A DNA stretch of 64,000 nucleotides from Acidimicrobiales bacterium (lineage in GTDB: Bacteria; Actinomycetota; Acidimicrobiia; Acidimicrobiales; SZUA-35). A model generated the notes under the pieces. That model saw only the letters and a program-made list of their open reading frames with translations, was not told the origin of the DNA and made no database searches. The stretch covers positions 6,171-70,170 of the forward strand of contig JAHDCC010000012.1 in assembly GCA_020630065.1 (NCBI GenBank). Direction: 5' to 3'. The position numbers and the translations under genes are program-made. Positions within the stretch are counted from its first letter, which is position 1. Each line of letters opens with the position of its first letter. Of the stretch, positions 38,048 to 47,412 are shown one piece after another.

Positions 38048-39364
38048 ATGACCAAAGATCTTTTTTCAGTCACCCCTGACAATGTTTCGTCTCTAGTCGA
38101 TCATTTTGTCGCTTCGCCGACCCCCTATCATGCTGTTCAGCAGGCGGCTGAACTTTTGTCCGCCGCCGGGTTTGTCGAGATAGATAGAGGCGATCGATTG
38201 CCGTCGTCGGCTGGCGGATACTTTCTGGCCGTTGGCGGCACATTGTTCGCCTGGATTCAGCCTGAGAGTTGGGACGGATTTGTGGTCGTCGGCGCTCATA
38301 CCGACTCGCCTAATCTCCGTGTACGGAAAAACCCGAAGATCGAGGCCGCCGGGATCGGCCAAATTGGTATGGAGGTCTACGGGGGTGTTCTGCTAAATTC
38401 TTGGTTGGATCGTGACCTGGGTCTTGCTGGCCGTGTCCAGATTCTTTCTGATGACGGAACGATCGAAGAACGATTGGTCATGGACAATCGTCCGTTGCTC
38501 CGTATCCCCCAGCTGGCTATTCATCTGGACAGAAACATCCGTAAGGATGGTCTAAAACTCGACCCTCAACATCATGTGATACCGATGTGGACAACGTCGC
38601 CCGATGAGGGCAGTTCGATTAAGGACTACATTGCTGAGCTAGCGTCTTGTAAACAAAAGCAAATCTTGTCGTGGGATTTGATGGCTTTCGACACTCAACG
38701 GCCAACGCTGGCTGGGCGGGACAACGAACTTTTTGTATCGGCTCGCATCGATAATCTGTATTCATCTTTTGCTGGCTTGTATGCAATGTGTGCGTTGGGG
38801 CCTACCCCAACCTTTGATTCAGATGATGTACGCATGCCTGTACTTGCACTATTCGACCACGAGGAAGTGGGTTCAACAAGTGCGACTGGAGCAGACGGTT
38901 CCCTGCTGATCGCGACTCTGGAGCGGATCGCCACCGCCTCGGGCCAAGATCGAGAAGCTTTTCTAACCGGGATGGCCAAGAGCTTTGTATTGTCGACCGA
39001 TGGCGCCCACGCGACACACCCGAACTACCAAAGCAAGCACGATTCGGCCCACCCTATACGGCTCAATGGTGGCGTCGTAATCAAACGGAACGCTAACCAG
39101 CGTTATGCGACTGACGCGTTGGGCGAAGCTGCTGTTGTCAAAGTCTGTCGACAGGCCGACATCGCCCACCAGTTCTATATCCATCGCAACGACATACCGT
39201 GCGGTTCGACGATCGGTCCGGTCACCGCAGCCAAGCTTGGCGCCACCACCGTTGACGTTGGGGCACCGCAGTTAGCGATGCATAGCATCAGAGAAACTGC
39301 CGGAATCGAAGATTTCGAGCATCTTTGTCGTCTGATCGGGAGTACCTGGAAAATACAGCCCTAG
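38048..39364 (+). CDS. M18-family aminopeptidase (aspartyl aminopeptidase-like)
   Basis: FVVVGAHTDSP, FDHEEVGS and GAPQLAMHS carry the metal ligands typical of M18. I chose the start at ATG 38048. The ORF is open from 38021. Confidence 0.85.
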   Translation: MTKDLFSVTPDNVSSLVDHFVASPTPYHAVQQAAELLSAAGFVEIDRGDRLPSSAGGYFLAVGGTLFAWIQPESWDGFVVVGAHTDSPNLRVRKNPKIEAAGIGQIGMEVYGGVLLNSWLDRDLGLAGRVQILSDDGTIEERLVMDNRPLLRIPQLAIHLDRNIRKDGLKLDPQHHVIPMWTTSPDEGSSIKDYIAELASCKQKQILSWDLMAFDTQRPTLAGRDNELFVSARIDNLYSSFAGLYAMCALGPTPTFDSDDVRMPVLALFDHEEVGSTSATGADGSLLIATLERIATASGQDREAFLTGMAKSFVLSTDGAHATHPNYQSKHDSAHPIRLNGGVVIKRNANQRYATDALGEAAVVKVCRQADIAHQFYIHRNDIPCGSTIGPVTAAKLGATTVDVGAPQLAMHSIRETAGIEDFEHLCRLIGSTWKIQP

Positions 39365-39513
39365 ACTAAGGCAGCTGACAAAATGGGGATTTAAAGCCGG
39401 ACGCCTCTAGACCTTAGGTTTAGATGTTCGGTCGTTAGCTATCTGGGTAATCCAGTTTGAGGGATCAACAGCGGTTACCTGTTTTCAATTCGATACTTAA
39501 CGAGGAGAGACAC

Positions 39514-41688
39514 GTGGAGTTGATTCCATATCTTGCCTTGGGTTCTGCATTGGCAGGCCTAGCGCTTGCTGCATTTTTTTACACGAACGTGAAAAAAGCT
39601 AGCCCAGGTAACGATCGCATGGTTTACCTGATGGAGGAGATACAGAAGGGTGCTAAAGCGTTCCTGAAACAGGAATACACCTGGGTATCAGGCTTCGTTG
39701 TTGTGATGGCAATACTGATAGCCGTGCTGATTAGCGGCTACGGTGCGTTCACCTACGTGATAGGTGCGATCTTGTCTGGCTTGGCCGGATACGTCGGCAT
39801 GACAGTTGCAACAATGGCGAATGCCCGAACGACTGAGGCAGCGAAGGACGGTCCGAGTAAGGCGCTCCCAATAGCCTTCCGGGGAGGCGCCGTTATGGGG
39901 TTCTCCGTAGCTGGTTTTGCCCTCGGTGGCCTCATGCTGGTCTACCTTTTGATGGTTGACGTATTCGCTCTGGCCGACGGCTTCGAAGTAGTGACCTCCT
40001 ATGGTCTGGGTGCCTCATCAATTGCGCTGTTCTCTCGTGTTGGTGGAGGAATTTTCACCAAGGCGGCAGACGTTGGCGCTGACCTGGTCGGCAAGGTCGA
40101 AGCTGGCATTCCAGAAGATGACCCTCGTAACCCCGCCACTATTGCTGACAATGTGGGCGATAACGTCGGCGATGTTGCCGGTATGGGCGCCGACTTGTTT
40201 GAAAGCTATGCAGGTTCGGTTATTGCGCCGATTGCGTTGACTGCGTTTGCGCTTCAACTGGACCCATCGGCCAGCTCCGGCGAAGACGGCTATATCGGTA
40301 CCGGCGGTGCGTTTTCTCTACTGATGTTCCCTATGTTTGTTGCCTTCATCGGTATGGTGTCGTCGATTGTTGGTTCATTCTTCGTACGTAGCGGAAGTTC
40401 GACCGATTCACGTGCGTTAAGTCGTGCACTTCATATGGGAACCAACATCGCTATGGGGCTGACTATCGTTGGGACTGTCGCTGGTGCGTACTGGCTGTTT
40501 GGCGATGCTGAAGTATTCGATCAGCCAGCCGGTCTAGCCATCTCTGTTGTTGGTGGCCTCATCGTGGGCTGGGCCCTTGGTAAATCAGCCGAATATTATA
40601 CGTCAGATCATTTCAAGCCAGTTAAGCAAATCGCCGAGCAGTCTGAAACCGGGCCTGCCACTACCGTTCTTAAAGGTATTTCGATAGGTATGGTGTCGGT
40701 CGCAGCTTCGGTCGCCTTGCTGGTTATCGGTATTGGAGTCGCCTATTGGGGTGGCGACCTGGCCTTCGGTGATACCGCCTTGGGCGCTAACGGGTTTGGC
40801 GGCATTTACGGTGTGGCTGTAGCCGCAATCGGTATGCTCGCTACTACCGGCGTTGTTGTGTCAGTCGACGCTTATGGCCCAATCGCCGATAACGCGGGTG
40901 GCATTGCGGAAATGGCGGAACTTGATCCGTCGGTTCGTGAAGTCACAGACGCCCTCGATGCTCTCGGAAACACGACTGCGGCTGTAGCTAAGGGCTTTGC
41001 TGTAGGTTCGGCTGCGCTGACTGCGCTTGCGTTGTTCAAGAGTTTCGAATTTGCGCTTAACAAGGCGGCCGAGTCGGACGGGCAAATTTCTCGAGCTCAG
41101 CTCGATGCCGGTGAGACGATTCTCAACCTGAACATCGGTGACATCGAAGTTTTTGTCGGATTGTTCCTGGGGGCGATGTTACCGTTCCTGTTTGCTGCTT
41201 TGACCATCGACGCTGTTGGTCGGGCCGCATATCAGATGATCGAAGAAGTCCGACGGCAGTTCCGTGAGATTGACGGTCTTCGTGAGGGACGTGAAGGGGT
41301 GAATCCCGATTCGGCTCGCTGTGTCGCTATCTCTACAAACGCTTCACTGAAGGAAATGATTATTCCTGGTGCGCTAGCCGTAATCGTTCCTATGGTTATC
41401 GGTTTTGTGAGTATTGATGCTTTGGGTGGCTTCCTCGCTGGCTCGTTGGTCACCGGTTTTGCTCTAGCGATCTTTATGGCGAACGCTGGTGGAGCTTGGG
41501 ACAATGCGAAGAAGTACATCGAAGGTGGCGCCCATGGTGGCAAGGGTTCCGATCCGCATAAGGCTGCCGTCGTTGGTGACACCGTTGGTGATCCATTTAA
41601 GGACACTTCTGGTCCAGCGATGAACATTTTGCTGAAGGTGATGACAATTGTTTCGCTGGTCTTTGCATCAGCATTCGTCTCTCTTTAA
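39514..41688 (+). CDS. hppA: Membrane-bound proton/sodium-translocating pyrophosphatase
   Basis: GGGIFTKAADVGADLVGKVE, DNVGDNVGD, GDTVGDPFKDTSGP. I chose the GTG start at 39514, preceded by GAGGAGA. Confidence 0.95.
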   Translation: MELIPYLALGSALAGLALAAFFYTNVKKASPGNDRMVYLMEEIQKGAKAFLKQEYTWVSGFVVVMAILIAVLISGYGAFTYVIGAILSGLAGYVGMTVATMANARTTEAAKDGPSKALPIAFRGGAVMGFSVAGFALGGLMLVYLLMVDVFALADGFEVVTSYGLGASSIALFSRVGGGIFTKAADVGADLVGKVEAGIPEDDPRNPATIADNVGDNVGDVAGMGADLFESYAGSVIAPIALTAFALQLDPSASSGEDGYIGTGGAFSLLMFPMFVAFIGMVSSIVGSFFVRSGSSTDSRALSRALHMGTNIAMGLTIVGTVAGAYWLFGDAEVFDQPAGLAISVVGGLIVGWALGKSAEYYTSDHFKPVKQIAEQSETGPATTVLKGISIGMVSVAASVALLVIGIGVAYWGGDLAFGDTALGANGFGGIYGVAVAAIGMLATTGVVVSVDAYGPIADNAGGIAEMAELDPSVREVTDALDALGNTTAAVAKGFAVGSAALTALALFKSFEFALNKAAESDGQISRAQLDAGETILNLNIGDIEVFVGLFLGAMLPFLFAALTIDAVGRAAYQMIEEVRRQFREIDGLREGREGVNPDSARCVAISTNASLKEMIIPGALAVIVPMVIGFVSIDALGGFLAGSLVTGFALAIFMANAGGAWDNAKKYIEGGAHGGKGSDPHKAAVVGDTVGDPFKDTSGPAMNILLKVMTIVSLVFASAFVSL

Positions 41689-41716
41689 CCACCACATCTT
41701 CTTCTAACTATTTGGT

Positions 41717-41754
41717 TTGACTCCCGGCGTATCAACGTCGGGAGTCAACTTTTT
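41717..41754 (+). terminator. Intrinsic terminator downstream of hppA
   Basis: TTGACTCCCG-12 nt loop-CGGGAGTCAA forms a 10-bp stem followed by CTTTTT, starting 29 nt after the hppA stop. Confidence 0.7.
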
Positions 41755-41905
41755 CGCCAGCGATGTTGGCTGGTTTTGTCTGTTCGACCGTGGGCAGAAC
41801 ACCCTCCAGACGAAAAATGGCATGAAAACAACTAGGATGAACGGGTGCGAGTTGCATCACTGCATGTGGCTGTACCGACTTATCCGGGCGAGTATGGAGA
41901 GATAA

Positions 41906-42826
41906 ATGGTCCGTTACGACAAGAAAAGCGCTGACGCAGGCCGTAAATATATTCAGGACCGGCGAGGACGACGTACCGGAGCAAAGGCAGCCGGCGGTGT
42001 GGGTGGAATTGGCGCAATTCTGGTCATCCTCTTTCAACTGTTCGTTGGCGGCGGCGACCCGAGCGCTATCAACTTCGACCAAGGAGCGTTTGGCGGCCAG
42101 TCCGCTGCTGTTGATCAAGGTGCCGGTCAGGCGATTGATCCCGCTTCAGACCCTGAGGCTGACACGGTTGAATACATGGGCTTTTTGATGGGCGACATTC
42201 AGCAAACCTGGCAACAAATATTCGACGATGCTGGCCTTGACTACCAGGAAACCTCACTCGTTATCTTCACCGACAACGTCAGTACTAACGGCTGTGGTAG
42301 TGCTAGTTCCGCTGTTGGGCCGTTCTATTGCCCGGCTCCGGCGGATCGTACCGTCTACATTGATTTGGCATTCTTTAACGAACTGAGTACCCGTTTTGGC
42401 GCACCCGGTGACTTTGCACAGGCTTACGTTGTCGCTCATGAAATCGGGCACCATATACAGTCGGTGACCAACGTGAGTGATCAGGTACGTCAAGCTAAAG
42501 AACAAGATCCTGCAAACAAGAACTCGTACGCTATTCTGCAGGAGCTTCAGGCAGATTGTTATGCCGGTATTTGGGCCAGTTCGGCTAGCGCCCGCACGAC
42601 GATCAGTGGTGACCCAATTATCGAAGTCGGCGATATTCAAGAGGGTCTGCGAGCGGCTCAAGCTGTTGGAGACGACAGTATTCAGGGCCAATCCGGCATG
42701 GGAATTAACCCTGAAACTTGGACACATGGTTCGGCTGATCAGCGTCAAAAGTGGTTCACGGTTGGCCTCGAATCAGGTAACCCTGGCGACTGTGACCTCG
42801 CTGAAATCAGCCGACAGGAGTCCTGA
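41906..42826 (+). CDS. Neutral zinc metallopeptidase (YpfJ family)
   Basis: It has an N-terminal TM, FYCPAPADRTVYIDLAFF and AYVVAHEIGHHIQ (HExxH). Confidence 0.85.
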   Translation: MVRYDKKSADAGRKYIQDRRGRRTGAKAAGGVGGIGAILVILFQLFVGGGDPSAINFDQGAFGGQSAAVDQGAGQAIDPASDPEADTVEYMGFLMGDIQQTWQQIFDDAGLDYQETSLVIFTDNVSTNGCGSASSAVGPFYCPAPADRTVYIDLAFFNELSTRFGAPGDFAQAYVVAHEIGHHIQSVTNVSDQVRQAKEQDPANKNSYAILQELQADCYAGIWASSASARTTISGDPIIEVGDIQEGLRAAQAVGDDSIQGQSGMGINPETWTHGSADQRQKWFTVGLESGNPGDCDLAEISRQES

Positions 42827-42845
42827 CCACAGGGACTTAACGCTG

Positions 42846-43247
42846 CTAGCTAGCGGATCCGATAAATATGTAGTCTTGGACGATTCTGTTGGAATCGTCC
42901 CGGTGCAACAGGTTTGATCCGGTCATAACAACTTGTTGATCAGGTGTTGTCATCTGCCACGACACCTTCATTAGATCATGGTTGACCGATACCGCTGTTT
43001 TCTCTGTAGACAGACCTTTCTCCTGGACGAGTCGCTTGTTCACGTCAGAGATATTGGCCGTGATCTTGGCTAGTCCGTGTAATTCGACCGGCTGGTCCCC
43101 TGGTTCGTTGGCAAAAAAAATCGCGTCAGGGGCATAGGTCAGAGCGACAAGTTCGGTCCGGGTTGTCAGGTCAGTGGTGCTCCAGGCCGCTATGTAGTTA
43201 TCGGCGAATAGTCCGTCAGTTTCTGTTGACATTTCTTTTTCCTTCAA
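42846..43247 (-). CDS. NTF2/SnoaL-like fold protein
   Basis: The call rests on size and pattern (DNYIAAWSTTDL...). It is divergent to an HxlR regulator gene. Confidence 0.45.
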   Translation of the reverse strand: MKEKEMSTETDGLFADNYIAAWSTTDLTTRTELVALTYAPDAIFFANEPGDQPVELHGLAKITANISDVNKRLVQEKGLSTEKTAVSVNHDLMKVSWQMTTPDQQVVMTGSNLLHRDDSNRIVQDYIFIGSAS

Positions 43248-43318
43248 TGCTGGTGTGATTTCACCATACTCCTATCACTTGCATAATGCAATTATTATTT
43301 TGGACGTACACTTATTCC

Positions 43319-43777
43319 ATGAAGCGAGCCGACCAGAAGTCTCATTGCGCCGTCAACTTTGCGCTCGAAGCTATTGGAGACCCCTGGTCGCTCCTGATCG
43401 TTCGTGACATTGCCTTCGACGGAAAACACACCTTTAAAGAATTTCTAGGCTCAGAAGAACGGATAGCAACCAACGTCTTAACTGACCGCTTGAACCGGCT
43501 CCAACAGATCGACGTGATTAGTAAACATCAAGACCCGACCGATCGACGAGTGTCGGTATACACACTTACCGAAAAGGGAATCGATCTGATCCCATCTTTG
43601 TTTGAACTCTCCAAATGGAGTTACAAATACGACCCTAAAAGCGCAGCTAGCAAGGAATTCGCAGCCCTCTACGACGAAGATCCCCAAGGCACCATTAAGC
43701 GAGCCCAGACCACTGTCCGGGAAGGCCGCGCCCTGTTCGCCCCGGAAGAGGCCAAGACGAACCCAACCCTAGATTGA
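43319..43777 (+). CDS. HxlR-family transcriptional regulator
   Basis: CAVNFALEAIGDPWSLLIVRDIAF...FKEF...YTLTEKG. I chose the start at ATG 43319. The ORF is open from 43286. Confidence 0.8.
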   Translation: MKRADQKSHCAVNFALEAIGDPWSLLIVRDIAFDGKHTFKEFLGSEERIATNVLTDRLNRLQQIDVISKHQDPTDRRVSVYTLTEKGIDLIPSLFELSKWSYKYDPKSAASKEFAALYDEDPQGTIKRAQTTVREGRALFAPEEAKTNPTLD

Positions 43778-43787
43778 CGAAGTCTGG

Positions 43788-45017
43788 TCAGTCGCCGATC
43801 GAGTTGAGTCGCGATTCTACATGTGTGCGCTCGGTTTCGTTAACTGACAATGCCGCTGCTTGTTCTAATGCAGTTCTGGCTTCACTCCGATTCCCGACCG
43901 CCAAAAAGAACTCCCCCCGACAAGCGTGAAAGTACGGGTACGAGGCCAAGCGGTTACGATCTCGGTCTGACAAGTCAGCAATCGCCTTCAACCCTGCTTT
44001 CGCACCCTTGAGATGTCCGATTGCGGCAGCACGGTTCAACGAAATTACCGCATCATCGTTATCTACCAGGAGAAGGTCATACAGGCTGATAATACGCAAC
44101 CAGTCTGTGTCTTCAAAACTTGGAGCAGTCGAATGAAGAGCAGAGATAGCAGCTTGAATTTGGAACGGTCCGAGCCGACCCCGAGAGTGAGCGCTAGCTA
44201 GACACCTAAGCCCCCGGTCGATCTTAGTAGTGTCCCATGAACTACGGTCTTGCTCGGCCAGAATAGCAAGTGATCCGTAATTCGTAACACGGCCTGGCTG
44301 TCTAGCATCAGAGAGCAGCAAGAGAGCGTGAAGTCCCGACACCTCAGGTTCCTGAGGAACAAGCTCTTCCAATAGCCCAGCAAGCCACAAAGCTTCCTGG
44401 CATAGATCGCCTCGGGTACCTTCCGGCCCAGTAATGTTCCTGTGTCCTTCGTTGTAAATCGAATAGATCACAGAGCAGACCGAACCCAACCGGGTCAACA
44501 GATGTCGCCGGTCGGCAGAAAACACAATATTCGCACCCGCAATCTTTTGCTTTGCTCGGGAGATTCGACGAGTCATTGTTGACTCCGAAACCAAAAACGC
44601 CTCTGCGATCTGCCGTGTAGACAATCCTGCCACGATGCGAAGTGTTAACGCTACCTGGCCCTCTGGAGCTAACGCCGGATGGCAACATCCAAGAATTAGC
44701 GCAAGCCGATCGTCTACTAACCCGTGGTCGCTAGCGCCAGCCGACAGAGCAGACACTTCCAGCTGACGGCGAAGTTCAGGTATCCGCTGGTCGAAGTTCT
44801 GCGTCCGACGAATACGATCGATAGCAATGCGTCGCGCAGCCGTAACTAGCCAGGCCCCTGGAGACGCTGGCCACTCCCCTGAGGACCAGTGTTTCGCCGC
44901 CTTCAGAAAGGCGTCTTGAGTAACATCTGATGCGAGGTCGAGATCCTTAAGATCCCGCATCAACGTAGCAACTACCTTTGGCCACTCGTGTTTATATACC
45001 TCGTCGAAGTCTCGCAT
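43788..45017 (-). CDS. ECF-like sigma factor with a long C-terminal extension (paralogue of 18203..19429)
   Basis: DVTQDAFLKA...WLVTAARRIAIDRIRR...ALTLRIVAGLSTRQIAEAFLVSESTMTRRISRAKQKI. Confidence 0.8.
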   Translation of the reverse strand: MRDFDEVYKHEWPKVVATLMRDLKDLDLASDVTQDAFLKAAKHWSSGEWPASPGAWLVTAARRIAIDRIRRTQNFDQRIPELRRQLEVSALSAGASDHGLVDDRLALILGCCHPALAPEGQVALTLRIVAGLSTRQIAEAFLVSESTMTRRISRAKQKIAGANIVFSADRRHLLTRLGSVCSVIYSIYNEGHRNITGPEGTRGDLCQEALWLAGLLEELVPQEPEVSGLHALLLLSDARQPGRVTNYGSLAILAEQDRSSWDTTKIDRGLRCLASAHSRGRLGPFQIQAAISALHSTAPSFEDTDWLRIISLYDLLLVDNDDAVISLNRAAAIGHLKGAKAGLKAIADLSDRDRNRLASYPYFHACRGEFFLAVGNRSEARTALEQAAALSVNETERTHVESRLNSIGD

Positions 45018-45046
45018 CAGATATACCGCAGTCAGACGCCCGAGGT

Positions 45047-45403
45047 TTACCCTTCTACCGGCATCTCCAGCACAGGACGAACTTCAACCAACCCGTGAGG
45101 ATGCACTGGGCTTCGCTCCGCCCACGCGATCGCCTCATCTAGGTCTTCAACATCGATAATCTCGAATCCCCCGAAGCTTTCTTTCGTATCAGCAAACGGA
45201 CCGTCGGTCGTCACCGTTGCGCAGCCCTCGACTTTGACGACTGTAGCGGTAGCGCTGGGCTGTAAGGCTTCGCCTGATACCCATACGCCAGCCGAAACCA
45301 ACGCCTCGCTGTAAGCGATCCAAGCTTCCATTTCGGCCTGCTCAGACTCGGGGTCGGTAGCCGATCGGTTCTCATCATCGCAAAATAGCAGCATGAACTT
45401 CAT
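45047..45403 (-). CDS. YCII-related (DGPF) domain protein (paralogue of 17811..18173)
   Basis: MKFMLLFC...TDGPFADTKESFGGFEIIDVEDLDEAIAWAER. Confidence 0.8.
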   Translation of the reverse strand: MKFMLLFCDDENRSATDPESEQAEMEAWIAYSEALVSAGVWVSGEALQPSATATVVKVEGCATVTTDGPFADTKESFGGFEIIDVEDLDEAIAWAERSPVHPHGLVEVRPVLEMPVEG

Positions 45404-45518
45404 AGAAATCTCCTTGTGGTAGCAGCGATATCACAGTTGCTCAATACCGCTTGTTGAGATGTCGACGAACGAAACGTACTAGATCGGACAGGTTGATGTT
45501 ATTTATTTGCCGTTTTTC

Positions 45519-45974
45519 TTATACGGATGCTTCGACCAGCTCGTTTGAGTCCGAAACTAACTGAGAAAGCAGCCGGGCGGTGAATTCCCCCGCACCCTCT
45601 TCGACCCGTTTTCGGTGGATGGCGTAGCCACCAACAACATCGCCACCTCGACGACGAACAATGGATCCAAGTTTTGGTAGCGTCTTACCCGGATCAATTG
45701 CGTAGGTACAGAACACTGCCGCTTTTTTGCCATGGATCATTGGGAGCATGGAGGCTAATTTAGATTCTTTAGCAGGTTTCTGCCCGAAGAAGAAGATCCC
45801 ATCTGTCCAACTACCAACAATGACAACATCGGCGGATTTGAGCTCAGCCAAGTCAATACGGGACATCGGCGACGTTGAAGCTAACCATCCATGGGAACGC
45901 AGAGAACGAGCGATTGCTTCACCAGCTTCTTTAGTCGTCCCGGTTAAACTCTCGTAAATAACAATCGCTTTCAT
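45519..45974 (-). CDS. Flavodoxin-domain protein
   Basis: MKAIVIYESLTGTTKEAGEAIA is the flavodoxin FMN-phosphate loop. Confidence 0.75.
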   Translation of the reverse strand: MKAIVIYESLTGTTKEAGEAIARSLRSHGWLASTSPMSRIDLAELKSADVVIVGSWTDGIFFFGQKPAKESKLASMLPMIHGKKAAVFCTYAIDPGKTLPKLGSIVRRRGGDVVGGYAIHRKRVEEGAGEFTARLLSQLVSDSNELVEASV

Positions 45975-46025
45975 GAGTCTGACATTCCCGTTTCTATCGT
46001 TAAAGGTACCGATAAGATCATAGCT

Positions 46026-46295
46026 ATGGAATTCAGCATAGACATCACGTACTGCACCGCTTGAAACTATTTAGGGCGTGCCGTGAGCACAGCCAACGAC
46101 ATCCTAGACAACTACCAGCATCTGATTGCCGAGCTCCGTCTTGTCCCTGGTTCTAAAGGCGTATTTGATGTGAACGTGAACGGCGAGCTGATATTCAGTA
46201 AATACGACGTTGATCGTCATGCTCATGAGGGTGAAGTACTAAGCATCCTCACCGAGCATATCGGTCCCGACGTACCGAAATACCACGACAAATAG
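46026..46295 (+). CDS. SelW/Rdx-family thioredoxin-like protein with an in-frame TGA at the CxxU position (candidate selenoprotein; the alternative is a pseudogene or sequencing error)
   Basis: My own translation is MEFSIDITYCTA[TGA 46062..46064]NYLGRAVSTANDIL...LVPGSKGVFDVNVNGELIFSKYD... The ORF track only has the GTG-started C-terminal 70 aa (46083..46295), which would lack the redox motif. Confidence 0.6.
46075..46094 (+). promoter_or_regulatory. SECIS-like hairpin downstream of the in-frame TGA
   Basis: GGCGTGC / loop CGTGA / GCAC(A)GCC forms a 7-bp stem with a one-base bulge. The apical loop starts 17 nt after the TGA and contains G/GT. Confidence 0.35.
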
Positions 46296-46304
46296 CGCTT
46301 CGCT

Positions 46305-46874
46305 TTGAGTCAACCAGAGCGGGCGTCAACTCGCAGGATAAACGCCACTGCCAAACTGTTAAGCGCACACCCTGAAGACGTCATCGCCACATTAGAACAG
46401 ATGAAGCCCGACGCGCTTCACAACCTCGCGGCCGCAGTCGAACAAGTTCAAGTCGAACGAGCCTTGAAACGTGGGGATCTCGACACCATAATCGACGTCG
46501 CATTTGAAACCGGATTCGGCCGGGATGGGCTAGCCGTTCTTCCTTGGATAGAACACGATGTGATCGTTTGTCCCGGTGGACTTATCGCCAAAAGTAAAAC
46601 CAATCATAAATGTCGCTTTGTCAGCGTCAACAATTGCTGGATTTGGGAATCGGACGAACTTATCAGGGAAGACAAAAGATCTTCGCCTGGCAAACTCGAC
46701 GGTTTCAGAGCGGTAGCACTACTTCCAGTTCATCAATCGATGACGCTCGATGTAGTTACTGGTAAGGCACGCGCAGGACAGCACAGTCTTGATCGTGTGA
46801 CGTCGCTCGAAGTCCAAAACGGATCTTTGGTCGAGGTCGCCCAGCGGTCAGTTTCATCTGGCGGGATGCACTGA
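46305..46874 (+). CDS. Hypothetical protein (no recognisable family)
   Basis: This is a 189-aa ORF starting 9 nt after the SelW-like stop. The start is TTG and uncertain. Confidence 0.4.
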   Translation: MSQPERASTRRINATAKLLSAHPEDVIATLEQMKPDALHNLAAAVEQVQVERALKRGDLDTIIDVAFETGFGRDGLAVLPWIEHDVIVCPGGLIAKSKTNHKCRFVSVNNCWIWESDELIREDKRSSPGKLDGFRAVALLPVHQSMTLDVVTGKARAGQHSLDRVTSLEVQNGSLVEVAQRSVSSGGMH

Positions 46875-46875
46875 T

Positions 46876-47406
46876 CTACCACAGCCGCCGTTGTCTACTT
46901 TCTAAGTCCAAGAGAAACCCTTTAGCTCCAAGCCCCCCAGCGAACCCTGTCAACTCGCCAGAGGCGCCAACCACTCGATGGCAGGGAACGACTATGGATA
47001 ACGGGTTTCGGCCGTTGGCGGCTCCGACTGCTCTCGCAGCTGTTGGACGACCGAGCGCAGCTGCCTGTTCCCCGTATGTTTTGGTCTCCCCATATGGGAT
47101 CGATTGAAGTGTCGCCCAGACTTCTCGCTGAAAGTCGGTTCCTATTGGGTCGATTGGGAGGTCAAAACTGGTTCTCAAACCGTCAAAGTACTCGCCGAGT
47201 TGATGTTTGACCCTGGCAAAAAGCCGTTCTACCTCAACGGGAGGTTTCCCTGAGACAATTTCCTCCGGATTGATATTGACCAGGCCTTCAGGATGTTCGG
47301 GCCACAAAATCGCCCGCAACGCAAGCGACGTCGCAGTTACCTGAAGGTCACCAATCGGGGTAGGCATGTCTCGTTGGAACAGTCTCGACATCGTTCTCCT
47401 CTCCAC
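46876..47406 (-). CDS. ogt: Methylated-DNA--protein-cysteine methyltransferase
   Basis: The active site is IVVPCHRVVGASGELTGFAGG. Confidence 0.9.
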   Translation of the reverse strand: MERRTMSRLFQRDMPTPIGDLQVTATSLALRAILWPEHPEGLVNINPEEIVSGKPPVEVERLFARVKHQLGEYFDGLRTSFDLPIDPIGTDFQREVWATLQSIPYGETKTYGEQAAALGRPTAARAVGAANGRNPLSIVVPCHRVVGASGELTGFAGGLGAKGFLLDLESRQRRLW

Positions 47407-47412
47407 TTGTGT

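Noticed and set aside
39365-39513. I considered a riboswitch, for example the fluoride class, upstream of the pyrophosphatase gene.
   Set aside because: No conserved crcB-motif core is visible, only an ordinary leader with a strong GAGGAGA ribosome-binding site.
41732-42748. Minus-strand ORFs of 128 aa and 164 aa lie opposite the zinc metallopeptidase gene and its upstream region.
   Set aside because: They are antisense to a gene with a clear HExxH family signature. The first also runs through the hppA terminator hairpin.
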